Source: a virus
Length of the DNA: 64,000 bases
Direction: 5' to 3' (one strand)
Virus record (IMG/VR): IMGVR_UViG_3300042090_000890
Location: 33,915 to 97,914 of that record
Position numbers and translations under genes: made by a program. Position 1 is the stretch's first letter; every line of letters begins with the position of its first letter. Shown here in pieces: positions 27,616-37,591 of this stretch. The notes beneath the pieces are model-generated. The model had not been told where the DNA came from. It saw only the letters and a list, made by a program, of their open reading frames with translations, and searched no databases.

Positions 27616-28866
27616 ATGAACATGACTTCTGCGAGCACTGGCTCATTCGACAATTTGCCGACCGCCGGACAAACTCTGGTGAAAACCTTCCCGCGACTCT
27701 TCAAGAAGGCGTCCTCCGGCGCGATTCAATACTGGGACATATTCGCTCAGCAGAGTCCCGCAGGATATGGTCTTGTAGTAACCATATACGGCCAGCTTGG
27801 TACTCCGAACCCGCAGCGCACTTCCGACACCGTTTCGGAAGGTAAGAACCTCGGTAAGAAGAATGCCACGACCGCCTATGAGCAGGCCATCAAGCAAGCG
27901 CAAGGTAAATGGGAAAAACAGAAAAAGAACAAGGGTTACGTCGACACCGAAGAGGCCGCTCGCGCCGAGTTGGTCGATAGCACCGTCGGCGGCGGAACGT
28001 GGCCGATGCTGGCCGAGAAGTACCGCGATTATGCCAAGAAAGTGGCGTGGCCATGCTTCGTTCAGCCGAAGCTGAACGGGCACCGTTGCATTGCTACCGT
28101 AGTCGGCGGCAAAGCAACTCTTTGGAGCCGCAAGCGCAAGCCCATCACCTCGATGCCTCACATCATCGCTGAGCTGGAAGCGAACTTCACCGACGCTATC
28201 TTGGACGGCGAGCTATACAATCAGGAAATCGGCCAGACGTCGCCGGATTATACCGGTCCGAAAACGCCCGATGCAATGACGCTCCAAGAACTAAGCGGAT
28301 TGGTCCGCTCGAAGGTTCCGAAAGGTCGATATGAGAAAGTTCAATACCACGTGTACGATTTGGTCAACGACGGTAAGTTCGTGGACCGGTACGACCAGCT
28401 CACTTCTCTGATGTCACAAGTCAATTTCCAGATCGTCTGCCTCGTGCAAACGGGCTGGGTCAACGACGACGCCGCAGTCACGAAACTGTTCGACGAAGTC
28501 CGCTCGGCTGGATACGAGGGCCTCATGCTCCGCAATGCGGATGGCCTATACATCCAGCACCCGACCAAACGATCGAAGGATCTGCTTAAGGTCAAGAAGT
28601 TCGTAGGCGACCAAGAGTTTGAGATCATCGGCATCGAAGAGGGCAACGGTAAACTGCAAGGCCACGTCGGTTCGTTCGTCTGCAAAGCAGCAAACGGAAA
28701 CGTGTTCAAAGCAAAACTGGAAGGCGAATACTCTTTCCTTAAAGAGTGTTTCGAAGACCATTCGCTGTGGGAAGGAAAGATGTTGACGGTCGAGTATTCG
28801 GAGCTGACACCTGAAGACCAGGTTCCGTTCCAAGGAGTCGGCAAAGACATTCGGGATAAAGAATGA
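27616..28866 (+). CDS. ATP-dependent DNA ligase with N-terminal WGR-like extension
   Basis: Motif I QPKLNGHR, III LDGELY, IIIa YHVYD, IV YEGLMLR, V LLKVK, OB-fold C-terminus. Confidence 0.9.
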   Translation: MNMTSASTGSFDNLPTAGQTLVKTFPRLFKKASSGAIQYWDIFAQQSPAGYGLVVTIYGQLGTPNPQRTSDTVSEGKNLGKKNATTAYEQAIKQAQGKWEKQKKNKGYVDTEEAARAELVDSTVGGGTWPMLAEKYRDYAKKVAWPCFVQPKLNGHRCIATVVGGKATLWSRKRKPITSMPHIIAELEANFTDAILDGELYNQEIGQTSPDYTGPKTPDAMTLQELSGLVRSKVPKGRYEKVQYHVYDLVNDGKFVDRYDQLTSLMSQVNFQIVCLVQTGWVNDDAAVTKLFDEVRSAGYEGLMLRNADGLYIQHPTKRSKDLLKVKKFVGDQEFEIIGIEEGNGKLQGHVGSFVCKAANGNVFKAKLEGEYSFLKECFEDHSLWEGKMLTVEYSELTPEDQVPFQGVGKDIRDKE

Positions 28867-29441
28867 GCAAATTTCTCGGTTACGACACAGAAACGGGCGG
28901 CCTGTTCGCCCGCGAACACAGCCTGCTGACGCTCTACATGGCGTCGGCGGTTCTCGAATTCGGCAAGTTCCGGGTCATCCGCGACCTGGACTTGAAAATC
29001 AAGCCGAACGAGGACGAGGCGTACTGCGTCACAGCTGGCGCACTGTCCGTCAACAAGATCGATCTTGTCAAGCACGACAAAGAAGCGATCACGATCGATG
29101 CCGCAGCCGAGAAGGTCTATTACTTCTTGAAGGAAGAATCGGAAGATGGTCGGAACAAGCTGGTCCGGATGGGGCAGAACGAACCTTTCGACAAAGACTT
29201 TCTGATCAACCATCTGCTCAAAGAGAAGATTTTACGGTTGTTCACCGATTACCACACCCGCGACACGGCGGTTGTGGCTGGTTTCCTCAAAGACAAAGGC
29301 CTTTTGCCCGGCAATGCCAGTATCAGTTTGAAAAATCTCGCAAAGGCCATGGGTATTTCCGTCCCAGATTCGGACTGGCATACCGCAAAAGGAGACGTTC
29401 ATACGATGTTCAAAGTCTATGAGAGGTTCCTAACTCTATGA
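28863..29441 (+). CDS. DEDDh 3'-5' exonuclease (DnaQ-like)
   Basis: YDTETGG, GQNEPFD, HTAKGD. Confidence 0.85.
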   Translation: MSKFLGYDTETGGLFAREHSLLTLYMASAVLEFGKFRVIRDLDLKIKPNEDEAYCVTAGALSVNKIDLVKHDKEAITIDAAAEKVYYFLKEESEDGRNKLVRMGQNEPFDKDFLINHLLKEKILRLFTDYHTRDTAVVAGFLKDKGLLPGNASISLKNLAKAMGISVPDSDWHTAKGDVHTMFKVYERFLTL

Positions 29442-29497
29442 AATAGCTGGCGTATCGCATATCATGATTTGTAATATGCGAATCTCATTTTAGCGTA

Positions 29498-29526
29498 TTG
29501 CTATCCCGCCAGGTGTTTGGTATCCT
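29498..29526 (+). promoter_or_regulatory. Sigma70-type promoter (putative)
   Basis: TTGCTA-N17-TATCCT upstream of the DUF932 gene. Confidence 0.45.
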
Positions 29527-29562
29527 GGTATTGTTCAACACAATACTTTTAAGGAGTATCAA

Positions 29563-30528
29563 ATGTCACATGCAGTCGAAAATATGTTCTCGGTCAAGCA
29601 AGTTCCCTGGCACAACCTGGGCAAGATCATACAGGACGCTCCCACCATCGAAGAAGGAATAAAGCTGGCCGGACTCAACTGGGAAGTGGCAATGCAACCG
29701 ACCTACCTCAAGGACGGTCGCAAGTTGGCCAGCCAGGCTGTGATCCGCACGTCGGACAACACCGTCCTCGGCGAAGTTGGTTCGAAGTACCATCCCCTCC
29801 AGAATTCCAAGGCATTCGAATTTTTCGAAGAATTCGTTCAGTCGGGCGAAGTCTCGCTTGAGACTGCCGGGTCTTTGGACAACGGCAAGAAAATCTGGGT
29901 TCTCGCCCAGCTGAACCGTTCTCCGATCGAAGTCGCCGCTGGCGATGAAGTCCGCAAGTATTTGTTGCTCACGAACCGTCACGACGGCGTGGCCTCTGCA
30001 ATGGTCGGTTTCGCACCGATCCGGGTCGTCTGTGCAAACACTTTGGCAGCTGCCATCGGCGCAACTGATTCCGCTCTCCTCCGGGTTCGCCACACCAAAG
30101 GCATTGAGCTTGGCCTTGAGAGAATCAAAGAGATGGTCAACGTCGCCAACGCTCAGTTTGAGTCGACTGGCGAAGCCTTCAAAGCTATGGCACGTTGCGG
30201 CGTGTCGACGGCTGATCTCAAGAAATACGTCCAGATCGTCTTCTACCCGCAGGTCACTGAGGAAACGATCACTTCTCGTCAGCAGACTCGCCTCGATGCG
30301 ATCACTGCAGACATCACCAAGTTGTTCGAGTCTGGCTACGGCAACAGCATGCCGAGCGTTAACGGCTCGATGTGGGCACTCTATAACGGAGTCACCCAGT
30401 ACTTGTCCTACAACGTCAAAGACAATGCGAACGATCGCATGGACAGCCTCTGGTTCGGAACGAACAAAGCAACGAATGCTCGTGCGATGTCCGTAGCCGT
30501 GAAAATGTCTGCAGGAGGTGCAGTATGA
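29563..30528 (+). CDS. DUF932 (phage/plasmid LGT_TIGR03299-like) protein
   Basis: PWHNLG, YHPLQN, ETAGSL..GKKIW, HDG, PIRVVCANTL, RHT, WALYNGVT. Confidence 0.85.
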   Translation: MSHAVENMFSVKQVPWHNLGKIIQDAPTIEEGIKLAGLNWEVAMQPTYLKDGRKLASQAVIRTSDNTVLGEVGSKYHPLQNSKAFEFFEEFVQSGEVSLETAGSLDNGKKIWVLAQLNRSPIEVAAGDEVRKYLLLTNRHDGVASAMVGFAPIRVVCANTLAAAIGATDSALLRVRHTKGIELGLERIKEMVNVANAQFESTGEAFKAMARCGVSTADLKKYVQIVFYPQVTEETITSRQQTRLDAITADITKLFESGYGNSMPSVNGSMWALYNGVTQYLSYNVKDNANDRMDSLWFGTNKATNARAMSVAVKMSAGGAV

Positions 30529-30830
30529 AACATGCAAAGTACAACCAGTTCGTTGAAGGAAAGTTGATCGTGAACCATGACCTGGTACAAGTGATCCAAG
30601 CCGAAAACGGCATGTACCGGACCTTTATCGTGATGGAAAAAGGCGGCGTGATCGAACACGCCCCGTTCCCTGGCAATCCGCAAGGCCTCATCGGCGCGAT
30701 GAACCTCGCGACCGAGTGCATCGCGGGCAAAGTGTGGCTGCAAAGCGTACACTCCGCAGCTCCGGGCTGGACTGCACCGGTTGCGCAGATGCTCAACCCG
30801 GCACCGGCCAAGACTGGTAGAGTAGTTTAA
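30525..30830 (+). CDS. Hypothetical protein
   Basis: GGAGG SD; coupled ORF. Confidence 0.6.
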   Translation: MKHAKYNQFVEGKLIVNHDLVQVIQAENGMYRTFIVMEKGGVIEHAPFPGNPQGLIGAMNLATECIAGKVWLQSVHSAAPGWTAPVAQMLNPAPAKTGRVV

Positions 30831-30842
30831 TCGAGTAGTTAG

Positions 30843-30867
30843 GCGGGCTGGCTTTCCAGCCCGTTTT
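30843..30867 (+). terminator. Intrinsic terminator
   Basis: gcgggctgg-cttt-ccagcccgt followed by a T run. Confidence 0.65.
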
Positions 30868-30886
30868 GATTTATAATGGGGCAACT

Positions 30887-31498
30887 ATGAGCAAGAAGTT
30901 CGTCAAAGATGAGATCGACCGTTTCCACGACTACAGTATCTATTTGCCAAACCGCACCATCTTCATGGGCAGCGAAGAAAACTCGCAAGAGCACGGCGAA
31001 TCGGGTACCGACGGTGGTATGGCCGAACGATTCGTCAAGAATATCCACATCCTCGAATCTTTAAGCGAGGACCCGATCACGATCATCATGAACAACATCG
31101 GCGGAGACGAGTACCACGGCTTTGCGATCTACGATGCCATAAAAGCGTGCAAGTCGCACGTCACCGTGAAAGTGCTCGGACATGCCATGTCTATGGGATC
31201 GATCATTTTACAAGCAGCGGACGATCGCGTAATGGCGCCCACCTCTCGCCAGATGATCCACTACGGCACCTGGTCATTCTGCGGGCATGCTAAGACTGCC
31301 GAGAAGATCGCCGAGGAAGGCAAGAAAATCAACACCTGGATGGAGAACATGTACCTCGATCGAATTAAGGTGAAAGTTCCGGATTTTTCTCTTGCAAAAC
31401 TTCGGAAGATGCTGGATCATGACACATTCTTGACAGCGCGTGACTCTGTTAATCTCGGTCTCGCTGACAAGGTACTCGGAGACGAGGAGAGCGATTGA
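30887..31498 (+). CDS. clpP: ClpP-like protease (copy 1)
   Basis: NNIGG, AIYDAI, AMSMG (Ser), MIH (His), HDTFLTA (Asp), GLAD. Confidence 0.85.
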   Translation: MSKKFVKDEIDRFHDYSIYLPNRTIFMGSEENSQEHGESGTDGGMAERFVKNIHILESLSEDPITIIMNNIGGDEYHGFAIYDAIKACKSHVTVKVLGHAMSMGSIILQAADDRVMAPTSRQMIHYGTWSFCGHAKTAEKIAEEGKKINTWMENMYLDRIKVKVPDFSLAKLRKMLDHDTFLTARDSVNLGLADKVLGDEESD

Positions 31499-31752
31499 CG
31501 CCTACGGAAAAGTTCAAGTTATTCAAGGCTGGCACGTATCTAAACGGTGGGTTCGTCGGCATTAATTTGATTCTTATCCTGGGTACGGTCAACGCGCAGA
31601 TTCCCGTCCCGATAGACATTCTGTTCTTGACCGGCGCGGCGTGTGCAGCTTGGTATGCCTGCGAAGACGGAGCCGAGTACGTGATGAAGAAATACAACCT
31701 CGACAAAAAGGGCAATCCCAAAAGGAAAGACGATGGTCAAAGTCAAAGTTGA
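31495..31752 (+). CDS. Small membrane protein
   Basis: Two hydrophobic segments and a basic tail. Confidence 0.5.
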   Translation: MTPTEKFKLFKAGTYLNGGFVGINLILILGTVNAQIPVPIDILFLTGAACAAWYACEDGAEYVMKKYNLDKKGNPKRKDDGQSQS

Positions 31753-32080
31753 GAATTCCCGCATCTATCGTTTCATGGTCGCGTTCGAAGGACGCTGGTC
31801 TCCGGCTAACGAAGTCTTCCCGATTGAAACCGCCGAAGGTCAACTGGTCGGCAGCTTTGTTATCGTGGAAGGCCCAGCTTGGAAATGCTTCCTGTCCGGT
31901 ATCGGATACGCGGAATCCTTGTTCCTCGGATCGGACACGCCGCCCTACATCACACCGGTTATCACGGAAGGTCACCCGACAGAAGTCACTTCCGGCGCCG
32001 TCGAGAAGCTAGTTGTGTCTGCCAAGGCGATCAACGATGAATCGAAACGCATCAGCGTGGAAGAAGGACGAGATGAATAA
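31733..32080 (+). CDS. Hypothetical protein
   Basis: Coupled ORF. Confidence 0.55.
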   Translation: MVKVKVENSRIYRFMVAFEGRWSPANEVFPIETAEGQLVGSFVIVEGPAWKCFLSGIGYAESLFLGSDTPPYITPVITEGHPTEVTSGAVEKLVVSAKAINDESKRISVEEGRDE

Positions 32081-32759
32081 AAAGAAGGTGTCCGGCCCGC
32101 CCGATCTCGGCATGCTAGGTCTCCTGGCCGGTATGAGCGAAACGAAGGTGGTTTGGGTCACTGACTTTGACTCCGAAGCTGTCATCCGATTTTACGACAA
32201 GTTCATGCAGCTTGAACAGGACGAAGAAGTGCAGATCATTCCAGTGTTCATCAACAGTTACGGCGGCGACGTGCATGCGCTCCTCGCCATGCGCGACATG
32301 ATCAAGTCCTCGCACAAGCCGGTCGCGACCATAGCGGTCGGAATGGCAATGTCCTGCGGAGCCTCGCTGCTCGCCGCCGGTACGAAGGATTACCGCTTCG
32401 CAGCGCCGGACGCCCAGATCCTGATTCACCAGGTGTCCGGCATCGCGCCCGGCAAAGCTGACGACATCGTGGAATACGCCAAGGTGACCGCCGAACTGAA
32501 CAAGACCATGTTCCGGAACCTGGCTACTGACTGCGGTCGTCCCCTCGAAGAGTTCGAAGAAGAGATCCACAAGAAAAAGAACGTCGACTGGACTCTCAAG
32601 GTCGGCGCCGCCAAGCGCTGGGGTCTAATCGATCACGTGGGCATACCGCGCCCGCAACATCACCCTCCGACCATGTTCATTGGACAACAGATGGCCTTCG
32701 ATGCCGCCAGAGCGCTGCACGAAGCGTCTAAGTCCGCGAAAAGACGTAAGAAGAGATAA
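32073..32759 (+). CDS. clpP: ClpP-like protease (copy 2)
   Basis: INSYGG, AMSCG (Ser), LIHQ (His), VDWTL (Asp), GLID. Confidence 0.85.
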   Translation: MNKKKVSGPPDLGMLGLLAGMSETKVVWVTDFDSEAVIRFYDKFMQLEQDEEVQIIPVFINSYGGDVHALLAMRDMIKSSHKPVATIAVGMAMSCGASLLAAGTKDYRFAAPDAQILIHQVSGIAPGKADDIVEYAKVTAELNKTMFRNLATDCGRPLEEFEEEIHKKKNVDWTLKVGAAKRWGLIDHVGIPRPQHHPPTMFIGQQMAFDAARALHEASKSAKRRKKR

Positions 32760-32769
32760 CGTCCAAGAG

Positions 32770-32778
32770 CCTAATCTT
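32770..32778 (+). promoter_or_regulatory. Putative late promoter motif CCTAATCTT
   Basis: Exact copy where the early island ends and the neck genes begin. Confidence 0.7.
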
Positions 32779-32810
32779 CAGTGTACAAATCCGTCCGGAG
32801 GATTACGTAT

Positions 32811-33212
32811 ATGAAGAAAATAGTTAAGCTCTTGGAAAACGTCAATGATGTCAATAACTTCTATGAAGTAGAGCAGTTCGAACACGTCAACGGAAACGCT
32901 CAAACTTTGTATTTTCGTTTGACGTCGGAGCTGTCCGGCAATTGCCATAAATATCAGCGGTGGATTCCGTCAATGTCCGCTCAATGTACAGTCACGTTCG
33001 ACAGCCTTGATTGCGCGAATGTCGTGCGCCGGGCCGCGACGATGGCATTCCCGAACGACGACCGATCGGTTTGGATGGTTCAACTCACACAGAACGACAT
33101 CATCATGGGTAACATGCGAGTGGAGCTGTACGACGGCGGTACGCGCGAGACGCTGCTTCTCGAAGGACGTTTAATTGGGTCGAGTACCGGCTCAAGTCGA
33201 TTCTACGCATAA
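32811..33212 (+). CDS. Hypothetical structural protein
   Basis: GGAGG SD before ATG 32811. Confidence 0.6.
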   Translation: MKKIVKLLENVNDVNNFYEVEQFEHVNGNAQTLYFRLTSELSGNCHKYQRWIPSMSAQCTVTFDSLDCANVVRRAATMAFPNDDRSVWMVQLTQNDIIMGNMRVELYDGGTRETLLLEGRLIGSSTGSSRFYA

Positions 33213-33223
33213 TTGGAGTGTAA

Positions 33224-34282
33224 ATGAACCATCACAAGAAGCCAGATTTTCCGCACAACGACGGGACTCACATCAACGCGCAGGGCGAAGTTGCCAGGAA
33301 TGAACCTGGCCCTACGTTCCCGGAGCATCAGCGCCGAAACGAACCTCAAGGTCCGATCGACTTCAAACATTCTAAGAAGCCGACAGGCGCCGTGTTCCCG
33401 GAAAGGGCATACGCAGGCGCCGGTCTGTACGACAGCCTTGAACCGGTCATCGACGGTGCTCAGATGCAACGCCGATTCCTGTTCGGGATTCCGCTGGCAT
33501 CACCTCTCACGAAAGAGAAGCTGACTGAGAAGGACTTGGAAGATTTCATCCGACGCGGTATCGCGCGGTTCGAGATTGACGCGAAGACGTCAGTGAACCT
33601 GACTGCCCGCCGTCACCGTCTGCCGTTCGACCCGAATCTTTACAACCAGCACATCTTCCTCGAAGTGCCTTTCAAGCCGATCCGCCGTGTGATACGTATG
33701 GCGATCTGCTCATCCAGCTACCTCGACTTCGGAGACGATCCGAAAGGTCTGATAGGCGCACCAGGACCGGATGGCGAGTTCGGCAATCACACCCATCGGA
33801 AGGAATTCCCGTCCGGCGGAGAGATTTACCGAATTCCGTCGCAGTGGATTGAGATGGGTAACGCCGTTCGCGGCTACCTGAACGTCAATCCGCTGACTCC
33901 AGCATTTACAGCTCTCGGAACAGCCTCGGCTACTGGCGCTGCGGGCGCAACGATACTCCAGTTCATCGGCCAGCAAGGCTGGGTACCGGCGTATTGGACG
34001 GTAGAGTGCGAGACCGGAATGATGACCGAAGACGGCCAACTTCCAGTAATCGTGAACGAAGCGATCGGCTCAGCCGCCGCTCTGTATGCGATCGACCTGC
34101 TCTTACCGCTGTTCCGTATCGCGTCGCAGTCTATGTCTGTGGACAGTTTGAGCCAGTCGGTCACCGATCGTATGATCGAATTGCTTCAAGATAAGCGCAC
34201 AACCATAGAAGCTCGGTATAAAGAGATAATCAAGCATCTTAAAGTGATGTTCGGGAACAACTTTTTCAGCACTAACGTGTAA
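33224..34282 (+). CDS. Head-tail adaptor/neck protein (putative)
   Basis: FLFGIPL N-terminal motif, WTVECETGM, QSMSVDSLSQS near C-terminus; position after capsid. Confidence 0.6.
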   Translation: MNHHKKPDFPHNDGTHINAQGEVARNEPGPTFPEHQRRNEPQGPIDFKHSKKPTGAVFPERAYAGAGLYDSLEPVIDGAQMQRRFLFGIPLASPLTKEKLTEKDLEDFIRRGIARFEIDAKTSVNLTARRHRLPFDPNLYNQHIFLEVPFKPIRRVIRMAICSSSYLDFGDDPKGLIGAPGPDGEFGNHTHRKEFPSGGEIYRIPSQWIEMGNAVRGYLNVNPLTPAFTALGTASATGAAGATILQFIGQQGWVPAYWTVECETGMMTEDGQLPVIVNEAIGSAAALYAIDLLLPLFRIASQSMSVDSLSQSVTDRMIELLQDKRTTIEARYKEIIKHLKVMFGNNFFSTNV

Positions 34283-34284
34283 CG

Positions 34285-36078
34285 ATGAAGATCAAGAAAT
34301 GGGCAGAACAACGGAGCAGGGCGGTAAAAAAGTCGGAGATTATAAAAGTCTCTGGCGCCGAATTCCTGCGTGATCTTCAGGCCGAGTTAGGTGCTGAGCT
34401 GTCCAAGAGTTTTCAAAAGCAAGTTGACGGAATCACTCCAGTAATCTTCAAACGTTGCATCAAGCCAGACTCCAACGCCATCGAGTTCGTCGAGAAATAC
34501 AAGGCTTCCGCCGACTACCGCACTGCTGCGCTCGATTCTATGCCGTCTGGGTTCCACCGATCGCTACTGATCAAATCGGTAGACGAGTTCTCAGTCAAGC
34601 TCGGTCACATATTGTCTGACTTGACACTCTCCGATCTCCAGAAGAAAGTGAAAACAAAGGACTGGAACCGCGTGGCTGGCAAACACGATCCGGACGCCGG
34701 TCTGATGGTTGACCATAAGCCTCACATCGAAAAATTTCCAGTCCATTCCGATTACGGCAAGATGCTTACTTCAGACATGACTCATCCGAACCATAAGTTG
34801 GAAGAGAACGGTATCTCTGCCAAGATGGTTCATGAGGTTCAGGCCCACGAGTATCCTCACGACCAAGACCTGTACATGGCGAAGCCGTACCACAAGAAGA
34901 TTGAGTCGGCGACCAAGAGTTGGGTCAAGAATCCGATTCTCGGCTGGGCATCCATGGCGACCAAAGCCATGTTCAACGCAGGCGGCATCGGACATCTGGC
35001 CGAGGACGTGACCACTCATGAGCACGAGGGTATTCCCTTGACGGTTCACAAGTTTGCGCATGATCACGTAATGATCGCCAAGAAACACAGTCCTTTCGTT
35101 GATCCAGCGGACGTACACAAGATTGCCGTCATGGATTACCTCTCGAATAATCTCGATCGTCACCATGGCAACCTCATGGTCGGTAACTACACGGACCCTC
35201 GCGGTACGAATCCTCTGTTGGCTATCGACCACGAGCGGAACTTCCAGTACAGTAAAAGGCTCTGGGACAACAAGTGGAAGCGCGAACAGCACAAGGGTAT
35301 GTCAACTGAGCCGATCATCCGCAAAGAAACGCCGATGTCATATCTGAAAGGCTCATCGCTGAAGGACGCTCTCGCTCCGAACAAGAATGCCTGGCACTCT
35401 CACGAGGATCTGGTCGACTGGTGGAAGCAACACGGCCAAACTATACGCGAGGAAATGGATAATCAAGTTCAGTCGATCAAGGACGAATCTGTACGGAAAC
35501 ACGTACGTGACAACTTCCACGATCGCTGGCACAAGATGAATGACTGGGCATCCAACGTATCGGCGGACCCGAACGACGACGCCATGTGGCAGGAATCTTC
35601 CTTGCACGACCGCTTCGATCAAGGTCGTATCCTTACACAGGAACAGCCAAGAATCAGTGCTAAGCAACTGAAATCCCTACCAAAAAATAAAAAAGATGCA
35701 CTGTTCGCCATTTCTGATATAGTCAACAAGAAGAGTCGTCTCACAATGAACCAGAGGCAATTATTGCATAGCGCGATCAAAAATATCATGACAGAAATGA
35801 CGCCGGAAGAGGCGGGCGAAGTGTTCCGTTCGGTCGCTGAGAATCCGCACATGTCGACAAAAGTCATCCGGGAGAATCCGGATGTGGACGTGAAGAATCA
35901 GATGCTGCGCCATTTTTCGGAAATGAACTACGGGCCACGCGGCAAGGATACGTACAAGTACGACCACATGCGCTCGATGGCCGACGCGATCGATAAGTTG
36001 CCGGACGATAAGAAGGAAATTCTCTCGCAGTGGGCGAATCACTACCGCCGATTGCTCGATGAAAGGCAGGCCGCATGA
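34285..36078 (+). CDS. Modular protein with PI3/4-kinase/HipA-like domain
   Basis: YMAK, MDYLSNNLDRHHGNLM, AIDHERNF. Confidence 0.7.
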   Translation: MKIKKWAEQRSRAVKKSEIIKVSGAEFLRDLQAELGAELSKSFQKQVDGITPVIFKRCIKPDSNAIEFVEKYKASADYRTAALDSMPSGFHRSLLIKSVDEFSVKLGHILSDLTLSDLQKKVKTKDWNRVAGKHDPDAGLMVDHKPHIEKFPVHSDYGKMLTSDMTHPNHKLEENGISAKMVHEVQAHEYPHDQDLYMAKPYHKKIESATKSWVKNPILGWASMATKAMFNAGGIGHLAEDVTTHEHEGIPLTVHKFAHDHVMIAKKHSPFVDPADVHKIAVMDYLSNNLDRHHGNLMVGNYTDPRGTNPLLAIDHERNFQYSKRLWDNKWKREQHKGMSTEPIIRKETPMSYLKGSSLKDALAPNKNAWHSHEDLVDWWKQHGQTIREEMDNQVQSIKDESVRKHVRDNFHDRWHKMNDWASNVSADPNDDAMWQESSLHDRFDQGRILTQEQPRISAKQLKSLPKNKKDALFAISDIVNKKSRLTMNQRQLLHSAIKNIMTEMTPEEAGEVFRSVAENPHMSTKVIRENPDVDVKNQMLRHFSEMNYGPRGKDTYKYDHMRSMADAIDKLPDDKKEILSQWANHYRRLLDERQAA

Positions 36079-37118
36079 TTCTGTACCTTCAATATCCAGG
36101 AGCAGATCGACAGTGGTTCAAGATCACCGATTTTGAGGATCTCAATCCGGTATTCGCCATGTTCCCGATGACTCACGAGATCGCGATGTCATGCGACACG
36201 CTCAAAGAAGCGGTCAACGAGATCGTCGACTACCTGTCCGGCCACGCGATGTCAGCGTGGGTAGAGGACGCAGACCTTTCCAAATCTCTGCGGTCGAAAG
36301 CGCTCGCGCTTGGACTGTCACTCGCAGCTATGGGCGGAGACGGCCACAAGCTACATGCACCTGAAGTGAAGCCCACTCCTCCACAGCAAGCTGGCAAGCA
36401 GGAGACTTCTACAGACTTCGGCAAGCATCCTATGGATCGGTTTCTATGGAACGTCCAACAGCTGGAGTCGTCTGGCGGTTCAAATACGAATCACAAGCCG
36501 GTTGCGTCCGGGAAGTTCAAAGGCAACAAGGCGATCGGAAAGTTTGGATTGCTGAAGCCGACCATCGACGAGTTGAACGTACGCATGCGTGCGAACGGCA
36601 CGATCACGCCGGAGTTCCAGCAGCTGGAGCCGATGTCGCGCGACATGACCGAAGAGTATCTCAGCAAGAACCCGCAGGTCGAGTTGAATCTAGCCCGCAA
36701 ACTGGCAGAACACATAACGACCCGTCAGAAGGGGAATCTCCACAGAGCGGCTTTCTCGTGGTTGCACGGCCACAACCTGCATCCTCAAGACGTGCCGGAC
36801 GAAAAGCTCATCAACAGTGAGTATGTTTCGAAATACAAACAATTCGACAAGGTCAACCCGTTCGCTCCGAAGCGCGGAGTGTCCTCTATGAAGAAGACCA
36901 TGCCCAACATCGATTCCTCCGACTTCAAGACGCAGGTCAAGAACTGGTTCCGGCGCCGAGAGGACGAAGTGACTACCGAGCCGATGCATTCCTCGAACTT
37001 TCAGCCAGATCCGGGCCGCAAGCGGGATGACAAGCTGGACGATATCACTCCAAGCTCCATGAAAGATCCGATGGGACGACTCATGGAGAATATCAAGAGG
37101 GTAAACGATAAGTTATGA
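36075..37118 (+). CDS. Modular protein with lysozyme/lytic-transglycosylase-like domain
   Basis: QLESSGG catalytic-Glu-like motif, AIGKFGL, AAFSWLHG, EYV. Confidence 0.6.
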   Translation: MILYLQYPGADRQWFKITDFEDLNPVFAMFPMTHEIAMSCDTLKEAVNEIVDYLSGHAMSAWVEDADLSKSLRSKALALGLSLAAMGGDGHKLHAPEVKPTPPQQAGKQETSTDFGKHPMDRFLWNVQQLESSGGSNTNHKPVASGKFKGNKAIGKFGLLKPTIDELNVRMRANGTITPEFQQLEPMSRDMTEEYLSKNPQVELNLARKLAEHITTRQKGNLHRAAFSWLHGHNLHPQDVPDEKLINSEYVSKYKQFDKVNPFAPKRGVSSMKKTMPNIDSSDFKTQVKNWFRRREDEVTTEPMHSSNFQPDPGRKRDDKLDDITPSSMKDPMGRLMENIKRVNDKL

Positions 37119-37591
37119 GAATCTCTGCCGATCAAATCGAAGACAAAGGGATAGCCGGTAAAACCGAAGACGGTCGACCGGTAGTTTACATTCTGACCAA
37201 AGGTGGTCTGCACGCATTCTTCGTGAAGACGGCTGAAGGTATCGCTTCGATCGGAGCGGCTCCGCATCTGGCTATTGCTAAGTTCCTGGCCGGTAAGAAA
37301 GAGAAAATCAACTGGGAAGAGGACTTCACCAAATCGGAAGGTCTCGCCAAGTCCGAAGTAGACCAGTTCCAAAAGCTACGTAAGATGATGTTCATGCCGT
37401 CGTTCGACAAGGCAGTCGGACCGGAAGACCTTCTCATGGTCTACAATTTTGAGCGCATGCAGATCGACGTATTGAAAACTGAAGATTTCGCAGAGTCAGA
37501 CTATGCCAAATCATGCCTGGTTCGATCTTGTGCGCTGACAGAGCCTCCGGTTCTGATCGAGGAGTACGCCAATGCAACAAAGCAATCCTAG
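37115..37591 (+). CDS. Hypothetical head-associated protein
   Basis: Coupled ORF; FTKSEGLAKSE motifs. Confidence 0.6.
   Translation: MRISADQIEDKGIAGKTEDGRPVVYILTKGGLHAFFVKTAEGIASIGAAPHLAIAKFLAGKKEKINWEEDFTKSEGLAKSEVDQFQKLRKMMFMPSFDKAVGPEDLLMVYNFERMQIDVLKTEDFAESDYAKSCLVRSCALTEPPVLIEEYANATKQS

Noticed and set aside
29455-29481. Inverted repeat tcgcatat...atatgcga
   Set aside because: It is a single AT-rich hairpin with no clear T tract and no second copy seen, so no function can be supported.
29566-30537. 323-aa minus-strand ORF, and similar long antisense ORFs (28341-29213, 42658-43680, 51580-52395)
   Set aside because: They shadow well-supported + strand genes, have no recognisable motifs, and are explained by codon bias.
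30887-32759. ClpP genes as the capsid maturation protease
   Set aside because: A dedicated prohead protease lies at 11648 in the head operon, and the ClpP genes are upstream of the 32770 late motif.
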